Source of the DNA: an uncultured virus (IMG/VR IMGVR_UViG_3300020578_000056)
Lineage: Duplodnaviria > Heunggongvirae > Uroviricota > Caudoviricetes
IMG/VR virus record: IMGVR_UViG_3300020578_000056
Length of the DNA stretch: 64,000 bases
Strand: one strand, 5' to 3'
Position 1 is the stretch's first letter, and every line of letters begins with the position of its first letter. Below are positions 9,401-18,749 of the stretch, piece after piece. Under the pieces are notes generated by a model, which was not told where the DNA came from, searched no databases, and saw nothing but the letters and a program-made list of their open reading frames with translations. The position numbers were made by a program, and so were the translations under genes.

Positions 9401-12400
9401 ATGCCCTCCCCTTTCCCCTTACCCTCCCCTTCCGTCTCCTCGGTCTTTTCTTGAGCCTGTAATTCTGAAGTAACCTTGTCTGTTAGGCCTTTACCCAAAG
9501 AGTCCGCAAACTGTTGCCACAAAGTCATAGTCTGTTTCTTGGCAATTCGTTTGGTGTTCTTTTGGGACAATTCCGTGGCTTTTTGGATAACCGAATCCAT
9601 TTCTTTTAGAATTTTGTCCAAGGCCTCGTTGGAAAGCGGTTTAAGTTTTTCGGTTACCAAACGGATAAAGTCGTCAAATTTTTCCCGAACAGCTTCGTTT
9701 CTTTTCCGCTCTTTCTTTAAGTAAAGAGCTTCCATCCCCTCGGGCCCAAGAAGAGTGATGAACTGATACTGGCGCAAAGCCCTTCCCGTATCGGAACTTT
9801 TCTGTAGAAACTCATCGATGAAGGATGCGGCCTTTACCGCCGCTTCTTCGTCGGTCTTGGACAAAGCCCGATACTCCCTCAACACCAGCAAACCAAGGGC
9901 TTCCTGTACCCCTGGGCGAACCCTCTCATCCCCATTGAGCACGGCGGCGGCACTGGATTCCAAGCCATTTTCCTTGAGATATCTTTCAGCCAGTGACATC
10001 ACCAGCTTGTCGGGCATCGGTTTGTAGTTTCTTTGGGTGACCAGATCCATCACCGATTTGGGGATTACCTTGTCCAGTTTGACCCCAAACCTACGAGGCT
10101 TTACTTCCGAGGTTCCCAGAATGTCGTTGAATGGCTGTTTACCCGTAGCCAAAAGAGATGGGGCTGTTCTTTGTTGAAGGATGAAGGTGTTGGGTTGGTT
10201 GAACAACTTTACTTTTGCAATGTTGTACCGATTAAGGCTGGTCGGGGAAGCCACTGCGTAGCTGGCCAAAGCGGATGGAGATTCGTAAGAGTATAAAGTT
10301 TCTCCTTGGTAGTTAAGTTTGTTCCTTCCCGTTTCGGCTTCGTAAGTTACTTGCCGTTCCAACCTTTGTGCCTTAATGGACTTTCTAAGAATTCCTGGAT
10401 CTTGAATTGAAGAAAACAAACCGCTGTTCATTGCGCTCTTGGCGGCATCCCGGCGAAATGCTAGGAAAGTCCAATCAGAGTTATTGTTGTAGTCAGCCAA
10501 GGCTTGACGAAAATCCCTTAAATATCCTGAGTTTTCAGGTTCCTTGGTTAATCCCTCAGCATGACGGGTAATATCGTTGTATCTTTTATATGTCCCAGAA
10601 GTCCTAGCGTCGGAAGGAGCCTCTTCCTTAGCCCACAAACCATCAAACCCAAGATCCACCAAGGCTTTTAAGGTTGAATAATTGTAAGTGGCTCCGATTT
10701 TTCTTCGAATGGTTTCTTCCTCTACACCCTGCTTTCTAAGCTCTCTCGCATCTGGAACCGTGTATTCAGATCTGGTTGGGTCGAAAGCGCCTTCATATAA
10801 ACGCCAATCGTAAAATCCGTTTTTAAAAGCATAGACTTCTTCATTTTTGGAAAAGATGGGGTGGTTTCTTTCTTTGAGAAGATTCAAAAGTTTTTCGACA
10901 TGCCCCTTGTTTCTTGGGTCAAAAGGGTTCGTGGCTTTAATGTAAAGTGGATAAACGACCTGTTCGGAGTATTCGTTGTCTGGGTTGTTGGCCAATGACC
11001 AGCCTTCCGCCCAAGCCCGATTCGGGGTAGTCCATAAACCTTTAAATCGATTTAAGCCAAACCTTCGAATGTAAGATGATGGTTTTTTTGTTTTTGAAAG
11101 TTCGGTGGCTTCGTCTTGGTATAAGTCGCTGTATTTTTGAAGGTAAGACCCAGTTCCGTGATACATCAAAAGAGGCTCACCCGCGGCGTCCAGAATCTTA
11201 CTGGTAGCTTTCCCTTTTGGGTTATTTTCCCAATCCCCAAACCAGGCCTTGAATAAGGGGGTTCGTTCCAAGCGGTACCTAAACTCCGATTTGGGAATCG
11301 CTTGACCCCGAAGGCCATACATTACGCTCGGTTTACCAGTAGCGAGATTAATTAGCTGGCCTTCGTTGTTTCGGGATATTTTTACAGAATCCATTTCGCT
11401 TCGGATTTGCTCAAAAAACTTTGTTACTTCGCCTTCGTTTGCCCCAGTGACTGGAGCCATTGTGTCGAGAATAGAAAGCTGATCAGTCATATACTGGAGC
11501 CGATTGCCCATATAAGTTTCGAGCCTTTTGGGCACGGCATTTAAAACTGCGTCTGCGTTGAGAACTAAATCAGATAATTGAGCAAGCAGTGTTGAATCGT
11601 CTAGATTTAAATATGGGTAATTTTTCTTTAAAACTGGCAAAGAATCGTAATAGAAAGGCTCGTTTCTCGGGGCTTCTTCAAATCCCTTGGTGTCAAATGT
11701 TCCACCGCTGTCCACACGATACACCGTATGGACGGTCTCCAAACCCTCCCCATCAGCGGTGGGAACTTCAGTGGTTCGGACAAGAACATTATCCCGATAA
11801 TTGACCCCGATAGAATCGTAGTTGAAGAGAAAGGCGTCGATTAGCAGTCCGTCGGCAAGTTGTTCGTAAACCTTTTGGATGTCGCTAGGCCTATCCTTGT
11901 ATTGCTGCTCAAACTCTTTGAGCGTAAGTCCGTCCTCAATAAACTCGGCAATCTTTGCCGGCTTTCCGTCTACCTCGATTAGTTTGGAATCCGCAACTGG
12001 GTAGCCAAGAACCCGATAAACATTTTCGGCGGCAACCTCGTTTTCAAACTGCTCCCTCGACTGGTCAGTCTTGACGATGTAGCGGTTTCCGTCGGCGTCC
12101 TCGTAAAGTCCCACGGGATGAGAGCCACCCTCCATATCCTTAACAAAAGCAAGATCTTCGATTCCGTCGGGAAGACGATAGGACTTGCCTAAGTCTTGCT
12201 TGGGCGTGGTGATAAACCCCCTTCTTGGCATTGCTGCGACTCCAATAAGTCCGCTTCCTTTCGGCTCGTAAAGAACCCTGCTTTTTGGCCTTCCCGCAAT
12301 TCCGGTTAGGTCGTGAATAAGTTTGACTCCATCCTCAATGGCTGTTTCAAATAAAGCATCCAATTGTTCTTTGTTTGGCTTTCCTTCAAAGTAAATGTTA

Positions 12401-15400
12401 AACCCATCTCCGATAACTCTCACCCAACCACGAGAAAGCATTTCCTCAACCAAGCCTTCTTGCCTCTCGTTTTTCTGAAACGGATCCAAAAGACCCCATT
12501 CTTGAAGAAATTTGTCTTTGGGTTCGTTTTCTTTTAGGTATTCCAAAACGGCTTCGGCGTGGTTGCCCATTCTTAATCCTTCAATCATTACATCTTCGTC
12601 GACATCAAGGGTAGTTGCATCTGGTTTTAACCAGGACGACCTGTCCGAGGGAACTGGCGCGGCTCCGAGGATATCACTTTGGCTCTCTTTCTTAAAAATA
12701 GTTTGTACAGACGAGGTGCTGTAAACTTGATCTTTTAGCTTTTGGTTTTTGTCGATATAGGACAAAGACCACCCCTCTAAGTTTTCCCAATCTTTTCGCC
12801 CAGATTCTGTTTTTAAATTCGGGCTTTTAATTTCCGTCACTTCATATCTTTGGGGGTCGTTTTCAAAAGTAAGTATGTCCCCAACTTTGGCAAAAGGTCG
12901 TCTTGTTGTGGCGGTTCTGACTCCATCTTGAATCAGCTTTAAGGTAGTGGTGCCCTTTGGGTATCGGCTTTTTAGGTCTTCTCTAACCGCCTCTGAGGGC
13001 ATAGAGTACCTCATTGGGATTTGAGCAGAAGGTTTTTGAATTGGGGCGGTTTTCGGTTTTTGCCCAAGCTCTTTCAGCTTCTCCTTGATGGCGGAAACAT
13101 ATTCTGATTTTTTCCAGGAGGGTCTGTACGAATAGGCCTCTTTGTATTTCCTAGTTTTTTCGTCAAAAATAGTATATTTGTGTTTAAAGGTTGGGACTTT
13201 AATTTTTAATTCTTCAGCGTATTCCTCCAAAAACTTTTTAGATTGATTATCTAAACCCGAAAGTTGATCCTCTTTGGCGAGATCAGTTGCCTTCTCTTGC
13301 GCTGTTTTTTCTTTTGGCTTGAACTCTTCAGGCTCAAAATAATTTGAAAAAACTCTTTCTTTTTTAGGGGGGTTGATCAAATCTCGGTTAAGCGTCCGAA
13401 GAAGCTTGGTGGTGGTAATGAGGTAGTTGGAATCTTTTTGGCTAGTCCCCACCACTCGGGCGGCAAGATTGGTCAAGGCTGTGATGATGTCGTCTACAAG
13501 GCGGGTCAACCAACGTTTGTCGCTATCATCCATTGCTGCCGCCAAATCTCTGGCATTTAAAACCGCTGACTCGGTTACTTTTCCTGTGGTCTCCTGTTCC
13601 ACCAGCATTCGGACAAATTCAAAATATTGAGTTTCTGGATCCCTAAAAGTGTCGCTTTCGCCGTTGCTGTACAACCGAGCAATATACCTCTTCAACCTTC
13701 GGTTTCTGTTGAGGAAACGACCGACCCGACGAGCTTCGTTTTTAAGGTGCTTGTCGAAGGTCAGACCAAGTTGACCAGCTTCTTTTTCTAGTTGCTTGAG
13801 GTGAACATTGTGGACGGTTTCGTGAGTGGCCACCGCCATATACCGCCATTGTTGCCACCTTTTGGCTCCCTCGGGTTTTCCAAATTTTTTCTCCAACAAC
13901 CTCTTTTGGCGGCTCAAAGCTTCGGGGTTCACGTAAATGGTTAGCCCCTGTCGATCCCCCCTTCGGACAAAAATTGGATTGTCCCCGCCATCCCCAAGTT
14001 TGACCTCGGCGTTTAAGCCAAGATCCCGCATCACATCCGTCAACTCTTGGACGGATTGCCGAACCGGTTTTGAAAACTCGTTTTGAGAAGTTAACCTTGG
14101 GTCGACTTTGAGCGTGGGAACAGTTTCCGCAACCTTTCGCTGCTCTTCGCCCACTTTGGATCCTCTTCGGCTAGGTCGTGGACGGTCTGCCACAGGCGCT
14201 TCTGGCTGGCTTTGGCTCTGATCAGTTCCGACAGGAGCGGTTGCCCCTGGTGGCTGTGCAGGGCTTGGTCCAGGTGGCTGCTGAATGCTAGGTTGTTTGC
14301 GAAGTCTTGCGCTTCGGGATCGTCTGGGAACAGGTTGGCCAGTTCCGGGCTGCTCGGTGATGGGTTCATTGGGTTGTCCTTTCTCTATGTTGGCGATTCT
14401 TTCTTCGACCAAGCTGTCCTCCAGAAGCCCTCCTTCAAGGGGTTCAAAGACTTCGGTCGAAAGTCTCTGTCTGTTTTGCGGGGTGGAACGCATTCCCGCA
14501 TCTACCAGCTTCTCGGCTAGATACTGGTTTTGCGTGGCGTTCCTACCCCGATCAGCCAGCGTCTGTTTTTCCTGCCGCTCCAAAGCCTCGGCGGCAAGCT
14601 TATCCGATCTAGCTTTGGCTTTTGTTCTAGCTTGCTCCCCCTCTGGGGTAAGAGCTACAGAAATTTGATCAGCGGTCACGCCATAGCCAGCCTTTTGTAG
14701 CTGGTCGGAAAGAGCTTGTCTGGCCTCAGTGGCCATTTTTGAAACAGCTTTGGCGTTAACTTTCTTTTTGTTTAAGTCCGTGAAGAACTTGGCCAAATCT
14801 TCGTAAGACCCAAGATTTTTTGTTTCTACTCCCGAGGGCGTTGCTGAACCCGTCAATTTGTTAACCATCCAGTCTAAGACGATTTTCTGGTCTGGCCCAA
14901 GGGCTTCCCTGGCGGGAGTATAGCCGTTGTCCTTAAGAACCTTGGTGGCGGGTGCTTCAGTGGCGTTGGTTTGTGCCCTAAACTGGCGTGTTTCTCCGGC
15001 AATTTTCTCCTCTTCGTCTACCTCAATCTGGGTCTTTGCCGGCTGATCAGAGGTTTCCAGTTGCTCCAAGATTGGAGAGCTTTTTAGAAAACTCTTTATT
15101 TCAGAGTTGTCTTTTGCGTCCATAGCGGCCTGTCTTGCCCAAGCCGCCAACTGAGGTCGAATAGTCTTTGATTCTAGTTCTTTGTCCCCGATCACTTTGT
15201 TTTTGTTTAAAAAGTTGGCAGAGCGGCGAAGCAAATCGTCAAAAATGTAATCTTCCACATTGGGGATATTCTTGAAGTTTTGAGCCACTTCTTCCGATAT
15301 TTTTCGGATTTCCCCAAAAGCGTTTTCTTTCCAGATTTGCTGTTCTTCGGTCAGTTGGCTGTCACGAATCGAATAAAGTTTTTTTCTTAGGTTGGCTTTC

Positions 15401-17541
15401 CGAATGGAGTCTCTGCGGGCATCGATATCTGGTGCGGGTGGTTCGCTGGGTTTTGCTGGGACTTGGCTAATATCTTTTTCCAGACCAGTCATTTTTCCAT
15501 ACTGCTCTTCAAGGGTCTTAAAATAGTCGTTCCTTTTCCACCCAGCTTTAGGCTCCACTCGTATTTCCTGCGGAACAACCTCGTTGACCTTCTTCAAAGC
15601 CGACTTTAGATATTTAATCTGATCTTTGTTCTTTTGAACTTCCTCCCATTTGGGCAGTTCTATCTTTTGCGAAACCTTTGTTTCTGGAATCTTGGTTTCT
15701 GCAACTTTGACTGTTTTCGCTGGCGAAACCTTGGCTGTCGGAACTTTAGGTGTTTCTGTCCTTAATGCAGGAGCGACTGCCTCTTGACCTTGTTGAGCAG
15801 TTTCGGGCTGCACGGGTGTTGCGGGTGCAACTGAAGGGACGGCTTGTGTTGCGGCGTTAACGACTTCTTGGACTTGGACTGGTTCAATTGCTGTTTGGAC
15901 TGGGCTTTCAACATTCGTCTCTCCTTCTTGTGTTTCAACTTGTGGCACTCCTTGAAATTCGAAGGCTTGGGTCTCCTCGTTCAGTTTCCAGGTGGACGGA
16001 AGGCTGAACCCAAACCTTTCGAGGTCGTCAGCCAGCACGGGCTTTCTTGCCCGAATATCTCCGTAAACCTTGGCGGCATCCAAAGTGTTCTGTCGATCCA
16101 TCACGGTTTCCGTAGAAATCGGTTCTGGAGCCGTTTCTTGTGACAAAATATCGTTTGCCTGTTGCGGGGTAAGTTTGTTGATTTGACTTTGGTCGTAGCC
16201 AAGATCCTTCAATTTTTGTTCCATTGCCCGAGTTATCATCAAGGGGATACTCACCCCTTGCCCAGTTCCTTCGGCTGTTTCGGTCTTTACTTCAACCTCT
16301 GGAATAATTTTCTCCGAAACTTCGTCCGCCATTTGTAAATCGTTTTCCAACTGTTCGTTTGCCGCGGCTTGCATAACGGCTTTGGCGGTTTCGGGCGCTC
16401 CCGCTTGGGACAATTCTGTAGCTCTGGCCAAAGTCCCATCTTTCTGGACTTTTTCGGCAAGATCCCTTGCCCTCATTTCGGTTACTGGATCGAGTTGTCG
16501 GTATTCGCCAAGGGCTTTGAGACCCTTGTTGTACATTTCGGAAGCCGTCCCAATCGCGGCTGCTCCAACCGCCGTAGGAGCTTCGATCACGCCTTCCAAC
16601 AACACCTCGTTGGGGTTCACCATCTTCCCTTCCGACCAAACCTGGCTTAAATATTCACCCCCCATTCCGCCACTGACTTCCAAGGGAAGGGATGTGGTAA
16701 GACTTTTTAGTCCGAACTTTGAGGAAATCCCCGCCGTAGCCGCGTCAATAACCGCCGGAGGAACACCTTTCTTTACCGCTTTGTCTTTGATTTCCCCCAT
16801 CATTTTCTCATCGGAAAATGCTTCCCCAACCGCACGAGGGTCTTGTAGATCAACACCTTTCTCGGAAAGGCTCTCTAAGATTGATCCAGAGTACTCCAAA
16901 AGACCGGAGTTAAGACCCGCAGAAGATGCCACGGCGGCGGTTGTTCCAGCAGGACCGGCCAATAGTCCACCCGCCACACCCGCACCTATAGTTGTTAGCA
17001 TCGAAGCTGGGATATTCTCCAAAATAAACTCGGCGATAGCCACGGAACCTTCCTCTTTGTCCTCCATAAATGTGTCGCCCATTTGTTTGGCGGCATTCCA
17101 AAGAGACCCAAAAACGCCAAGGTCTTTCCCTTCGTCGATGTAAGTCCCAAGTTTCCTTGCTGTGCTCGAACCTGGGCGGTTGGCTATCTCCTGATTAATC
17201 TCGGCAAGCTGGATTTTGGCCTCATTGTTTGGATCCAAGGCTCCCGAGGACATTCCCGCAACTAGGGCGGCTTGTTTGGTTCGAAGAAAGGATCTTTCAA
17301 AAGCATTTTGAAGCCGCTCTTCCTTCGTCTGGGAATCCAAAACGCTATCATAAATCTGATTCATATAGTCGTTTACATATTTGACATCCTCCTCAGATTT
17401 AACGGTTGGGCGGACACGCTCGATGGTTGCGTTGGACCAGTCTTTAAAAAGGTTTAACCTTTCCCCAATCGGAAGATTTAGAAACTCTGGATCTTCCGCA
17501 TACTCATTCCACGGAATGATCGGATCCTCTTGTGAGGTCAT
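6442..17541 (-). CDS. giant internal virion / ejection polyvalent protein (3699 aa)
   Basis: Last of three ejection-type genes; Gly/Ala hydrophobic N-region; sigma-like, HExxH, ASCH-like, kinase-like and ART-like modules; helical C-terminal region. Confidence 0.85.
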   Translation of the reverse strand: MTSQEDPIIPWNEYAEDPEFLNLPIGERLNLFKDWSNATIERVRPTVKSEEDVKYVNDYMNQIYDSVLDSQTKEERLQNAFERSFLRTKQAALVAGMSSGALDPNNEAKIQLAEINQEIANRPGSSTARKLGTYIDEGKDLGVFGSLWNAAKQMGDTFMEDKEEGSVAIAEFILENIPASMLTTIGAGVAGGLLAGPAGTTAAVASSAGLNSGLLEYSGSILESLSEKGVDLQDPRAVGEAFSDEKMMGEIKDKAVKKGVPPAVIDAATAGISSKFGLKSLTTSLPLEVSGGMGGEYLSQVWSEGKMVNPNEVLLEGVIEAPTAVGAAAIGTASEMYNKGLKALGEYRQLDPVTEMRARDLAEKVQKDGTLARATELSQAGAPETAKAVMQAAANEQLENDLQMADEVSEKIIPEVEVKTETAEGTGQGVSIPLMITRAMEQKLKDLGYDQSQINKLTPQQANDILSQETAPEPISTETVMDRQNTLDAAKVYGDIRARKPVLADDLERFGFSLPSTWKLNEETQAFEFQGVPQVETQEGETNVESPVQTAIEPVQVQEVVNAATQAVPSVAPATPVQPETAQQGQEAVAPALRTETPKVPTAKVSPAKTVKVAETKIPETKVSQKIELPKWEEVQKNKDQIKYLKSALKKVNEVVPQEIRVEPKAGWKRNDYFKTLEEQYGKMTGLEKDISQVPAKPSEPPAPDIDARRDSIRKANLRKKLYSIRDSQLTEEQQIWKENAFGEIRKISEEVAQNFKNIPNVEDYIFDDLLRRSANFLNKNKVIGDKELESKTIRPQLAAWARQAAMDAKDNSEIKSFLKSSPILEQLETSDQPAKTQIEVDEEEKIAGETRQFRAQTNATEAPATKVLKDNGYTPAREALGPDQKIVLDWMVNKLTGSATPSGVETKNLGSYEDLAKFFTDLNKKKVNAKAVSKMATEARQALSDQLQKAGYGVTADQISVALTPEGEQARTKAKARSDKLAAEALERQEKQTLADRGRNATQNQYLAEKLVDAGMRSTPQNRQRLSTEVFEPLEGGLLEDSLVEERIANIEKGQPNEPITEQPGTGQPVPRRSRSARLRKQPSIQQPPGPSPAQPPGATAPVGTDQSQSQPEAPVADRPRPSRRGSKVGEEQRKVAETVPTLKVDPRLTSQNEFSKPVRQSVQELTDVMRDLGLNAEVKLGDGGDNPIFVRRGDRQGLTIYVNPEALSRQKRLLEKKFGKPEGAKRWQQWRYMAVATHETVHNVHLKQLEKEAGQLGLTFDKHLKNEARRVGRFLNRNRRLKRYIARLYSNGESDTFRDPETQYFEFVRMLVEQETTGKVTESAVLNARDLAAAMDDSDKRWLTRLVDDIITALTNLAARVVGTSQKDSNYLITTTKLLRTLNRDLINPPKKERVFSNYFEPEEFKPKEKTAQEKATDLAKEDQLSGLDNQSKKFLEEYAEELKIKVPTFKHKYTIFDEKTRKYKEAYSYRPSWKKSEYVSAIKEKLKELGQKPKTAPIQKPSAQIPMRYSMPSEAVREDLKSRYPKGTTTLKLIQDGVRTATTRRPFAKVGDILTFENDPQRYEVTEIKSPNLKTESGRKDWENLEGWSLSYIDKNQKLKDQVYSTSSVQTIFKKESQSDILGAAPVPSDRSSWLKPDATTLDVDEDVMIEGLRMGNHAEAVLEYLKENEPKDKFLQEWGLLDPFQKNERQEGLVEEMLSRGWVRVIGDGFNIYFEGKPNKEQLDALFETAIEDGVKLIHDLTGIAGRPKSRVLYEPKGSGLIGVAAMPRRGFITTPKQDLGKSYRLPDGIEDLAFVKDMEGGSHPVGLYEDADGNRYIVKTDQSREQFENEVAAENVYRVLGYPVADSKLIEVDGKPAKIAEFIEDGLTLKEFEQQYKDRPSDIQKVYEQLADGLLIDAFLFNYDSIGVNYRDNVLVRTTEVPTADGEGLETVHTVYRVDSGGTFDTKGFEEAPRNEPFYYDSLPVLKKNYPYLNLDDSTLLAQLSDLVLNADAVLNAVPKRLETYMGNRLQYMTDQLSILDTMAPVTGANEGEVTKFFEQIRSEMDSVKISRNNEGQLINLATGKPSVMYGLRGQAIPKSEFRYRLERTPLFKAWFGDWENNPKGKATSKILDAAGEPLLMYHGTGSYLQKYSDLYQDEATELSKTKKPSSYIRRFGLNRFKGLWTTPNRAWAEGWSLANNPDNEYSEQVVYPLYIKATNPFDPRNKGHVEKLLNLLKERNHPIFSKNEEVYAFKNGFYDWRLYEGAFDPTRSEYTVPDARELRKQGVEEETIRRKIGATYNYSTLKALVDLGFDGLWAKEEAPSDARTSGTYKRYNDITRHAEGLTKEPENSGYLRDFRQALADYNNNSDWTFLAFRRDAAKSAMNSGLFSSIQDPGILRKSIKAQRLERQVTYEAETGRNKLNYQGETLYSYESPSALASYAVASPTSLNRYNIAKVKLFNQPNTFILQQRTAPSLLATGKQPFNDILGTSEVKPRRFGVKLDKVIPKSVMDLVTQRNYKPMPDKLVMSLAERYLKENGLESSAAAVLNGDERVRPGVQEALGLLVLREYRALSKTDEEAAVKAASFIDEFLQKSSDTGRALRQYQFITLLGPEGMEALYLKKERKRNEAVREKFDDFIRLVTEKLKPLSNEALDKILKEMDSVIQKATELSQKNTKRIAKKQTMTLWQQFADSLGKGLTDKVTSELQAQEKTEETEGEGKGKGEGIPEDLKKGKSINQEMRAALRKIQNVIQNAAKEQGTTLKSVSQEEEQAKTQEEIQTLNKIRSQQDTVQKMSDLLSLWPKALQAWVQIKDSIRSEIKANPKLAPIFEEYLKTALEQPFTLPQIKRLMQADEINIKEMIQEYYRSDNADRSIKDLAGLFVNRANLGTLGLKKESEVVGELGLSRDAESSEVVEVEPSIAEKLQESIAKKIEQTIQAEAARVLDNLVTKKADRRLEPNLKRFMTRLVNLSSYGLLDPTNASIWSEFARQEGLTDPATAETIYKLVQEADTKPEGYQKNVGYQKAIRVMYDKLQMNLWDYTLSWWYMSILSGLDTQLTNLFGNLSQFFFIIAPEYAIGTIKNKNSKVYLKGVLNGLARGWDDAMNIAYTGDSWTKPENLTLSESMGTPNSARIMWEKDAKTRKEKAAKYVIGMPSTAVTRLMSAVDSMFYNVSKEFYLYSGAYKKAKEENPNLGEAELSARALASVARDTNSFKSAESQASLEGFKPGSKEYRLRTYEILDQIIGQGKTESGLPRETDMNSVLAQASAKALINVYQQEPKGFLGAVVNALNILASKAPQTRFVIPFTRIVGNIWNMSIDMTGYGLARYYGFGGALDKVLRLEGTKLSVKRALTNTFKKDPLEWSDVDQVEKDMIRFRALVGLGFISVAGLLSALGTDEDGDYEKSWFRINGGGPSEPQQKQALMKIGWKPWSFKVGNTYISYLATPMAIPLAILGETLDNQQYKKSGSRALFETGHASLTKALLVPFDMVFLAGLSDFFRMLDSSQPEQAESRAKAFFARMGSALTIPNFLKDIDQKGIPWILEVLGADTKLDEKKARVTLTDGAFIANTPALRQFLGQPDQDLLGNPIKTTGRTFSFSKADPLIEVLAVKNAFPSPARKERLLGMIPMEEQEFYDFRIARGNKLNEILNKPEMIEQLRNSKSYVAQEIVKKATSAATEYAKGQLIQKMVENKDPRIEKLQNFGNWLEKQK

Positions 17542-17550
17542 ACCAATTAA

Positions 17551-18744
17551 CTAAGCACTTACAGGTCGGTAGATTGACGCTGGCAGGGTTGGGTTGATCG
17601 AGTTCGTTTTCCTTTGACTTGGCAATGTTGGGTATTTTGGCGGGGTAAATGCGGGTAGGATTGTCCTAACGGTCGGGGCATTGGTGGCTGGGGAAACTAC
17701 CACAGGTGATTCGGTTGTAGGGATTGTGTTTTGGACTTTTTGCTGGGTGCTTGTAGGAGCCTGGGGAGAGGCCTGTGGCTCGGTAGCCTCTTGCTCTGGT
17801 TCGGCGTCATCTTCAAAAATAGTCTGCTTTACTCCAGCCATTGCTTTTGCGGCTTTTAAATTTGCACTTGCAAGATCAAGCTCTTCTTTGGCTTGTCTTT
17901 TGGTGGAATCCGAGGCGGTGATGTTGTTAAGAGTGTCGTTATATAAGCGGGACGCAGCTTGATACTCTGCCACCGCCGATTTTAAGTTTTCAATCAAAAG
18001 ATTGCCCGAGATCTTCGCTTTGGTTTCGGTGAGTTTCGGGTCTCTGCTTGCAGATTCACGTAAAATGCCGTCGTTGTAGTCAATGACTAATTGTTCCTCT
18101 TCTGGGGTCAAGGGCTGTCTTCGAAGAATTTTTCTTCCAAGTGCCTTGGCTTTTAAAGAGGCTCCCGAACCATATCGTTCGCTGTTGTTGAGGTAGGGTG
18201 CTCCCGTCAACAACCTTTGACCTGTGGCACTTGCCTCTTTTAGCTCATCACTTGCCGCCAATAATTGATCCCGATAAGGCTGAAGTTGGATCAGAACTTT
18301 TGACTTTGCCCGTCTTCCCACATCTTCTGGCAATTTATCTAGTTCCGATAAGTCGGGTTGATAGTTAAGGACAGAGTTAGGGTCTCCGGCCAAACTTTGC
18401 AGGTCTCCTGTGATTTTTGTTATAATCGGAGCGGCGTATGAGTCGGCTTCAAAATCAATTCCCTGCCTACGCTGAACCTCCATATTCGAAGTCTGAACTC
18501 TTTCATTCAGCTTTTGTTGTTCTTCTTGAAGGCCGATTTGTCGGTATCTTAGGGAATAGTCCTGATCAAACTGGGATTGCTGAGCTTGAAACATTCTTTC
18601 CCGAAGGCTGAGCTCCTGCATCAGCCTCTTTTCTTGTTCTTCCGCCATCATTTGACGACGGCCGGTAAAATAGTTGCCTATTACCGAATTTCCAATCATC
18701 GTAAGCTGGTTCCCCGCCTGAAGTCCGTATTCTGCCGGTCCCAT
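17551..18744 (-). CDS. putative internal virion (ejection) protein
   Basis: Q/E-rich helical protein between pilot-like and giant genes. Confidence 0.65.
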   Translation of the reverse strand: MGPAEYGLQAGNQLTMIGNSVIGNYFTGRRQMMAEEQEKRLMQELSLRERMFQAQQSQFDQDYSLRYRQIGLQEEQQKLNERVQTSNMEVQRRQGIDFEADSYAAPIITKITGDLQSLAGDPNSVLNYQPDLSELDKLPEDVGRRAKSKVLIQLQPYRDQLLAASDELKEASATGQRLLTGAPYLNNSERYGSGASLKAKALGRKILRRQPLTPEEEQLVIDYNDGILRESASRDPKLTETKAKISGNLLIENLKSAVAEYQAASRLYNDTLNNITASDSTKRQAKEELDLASANLKAAKAMAGVKQTIFEDDAEPEQEATEPQASPQAPTSTQQKVQNTIPTTESPVVVSPATNAPTVRTILPAFTPPKYPTLPSQRKTNSINPTLPASIYRPVSA

Positions 18745-18749
18745 AATTT

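Noticed and set aside
17542..17553. In-frame TAG between the 397-aa gene and the giant gene
   Set aside because: The downstream gene has its own ATG and no domain spans the junction; in-frame spacing occurs one time in three by chance
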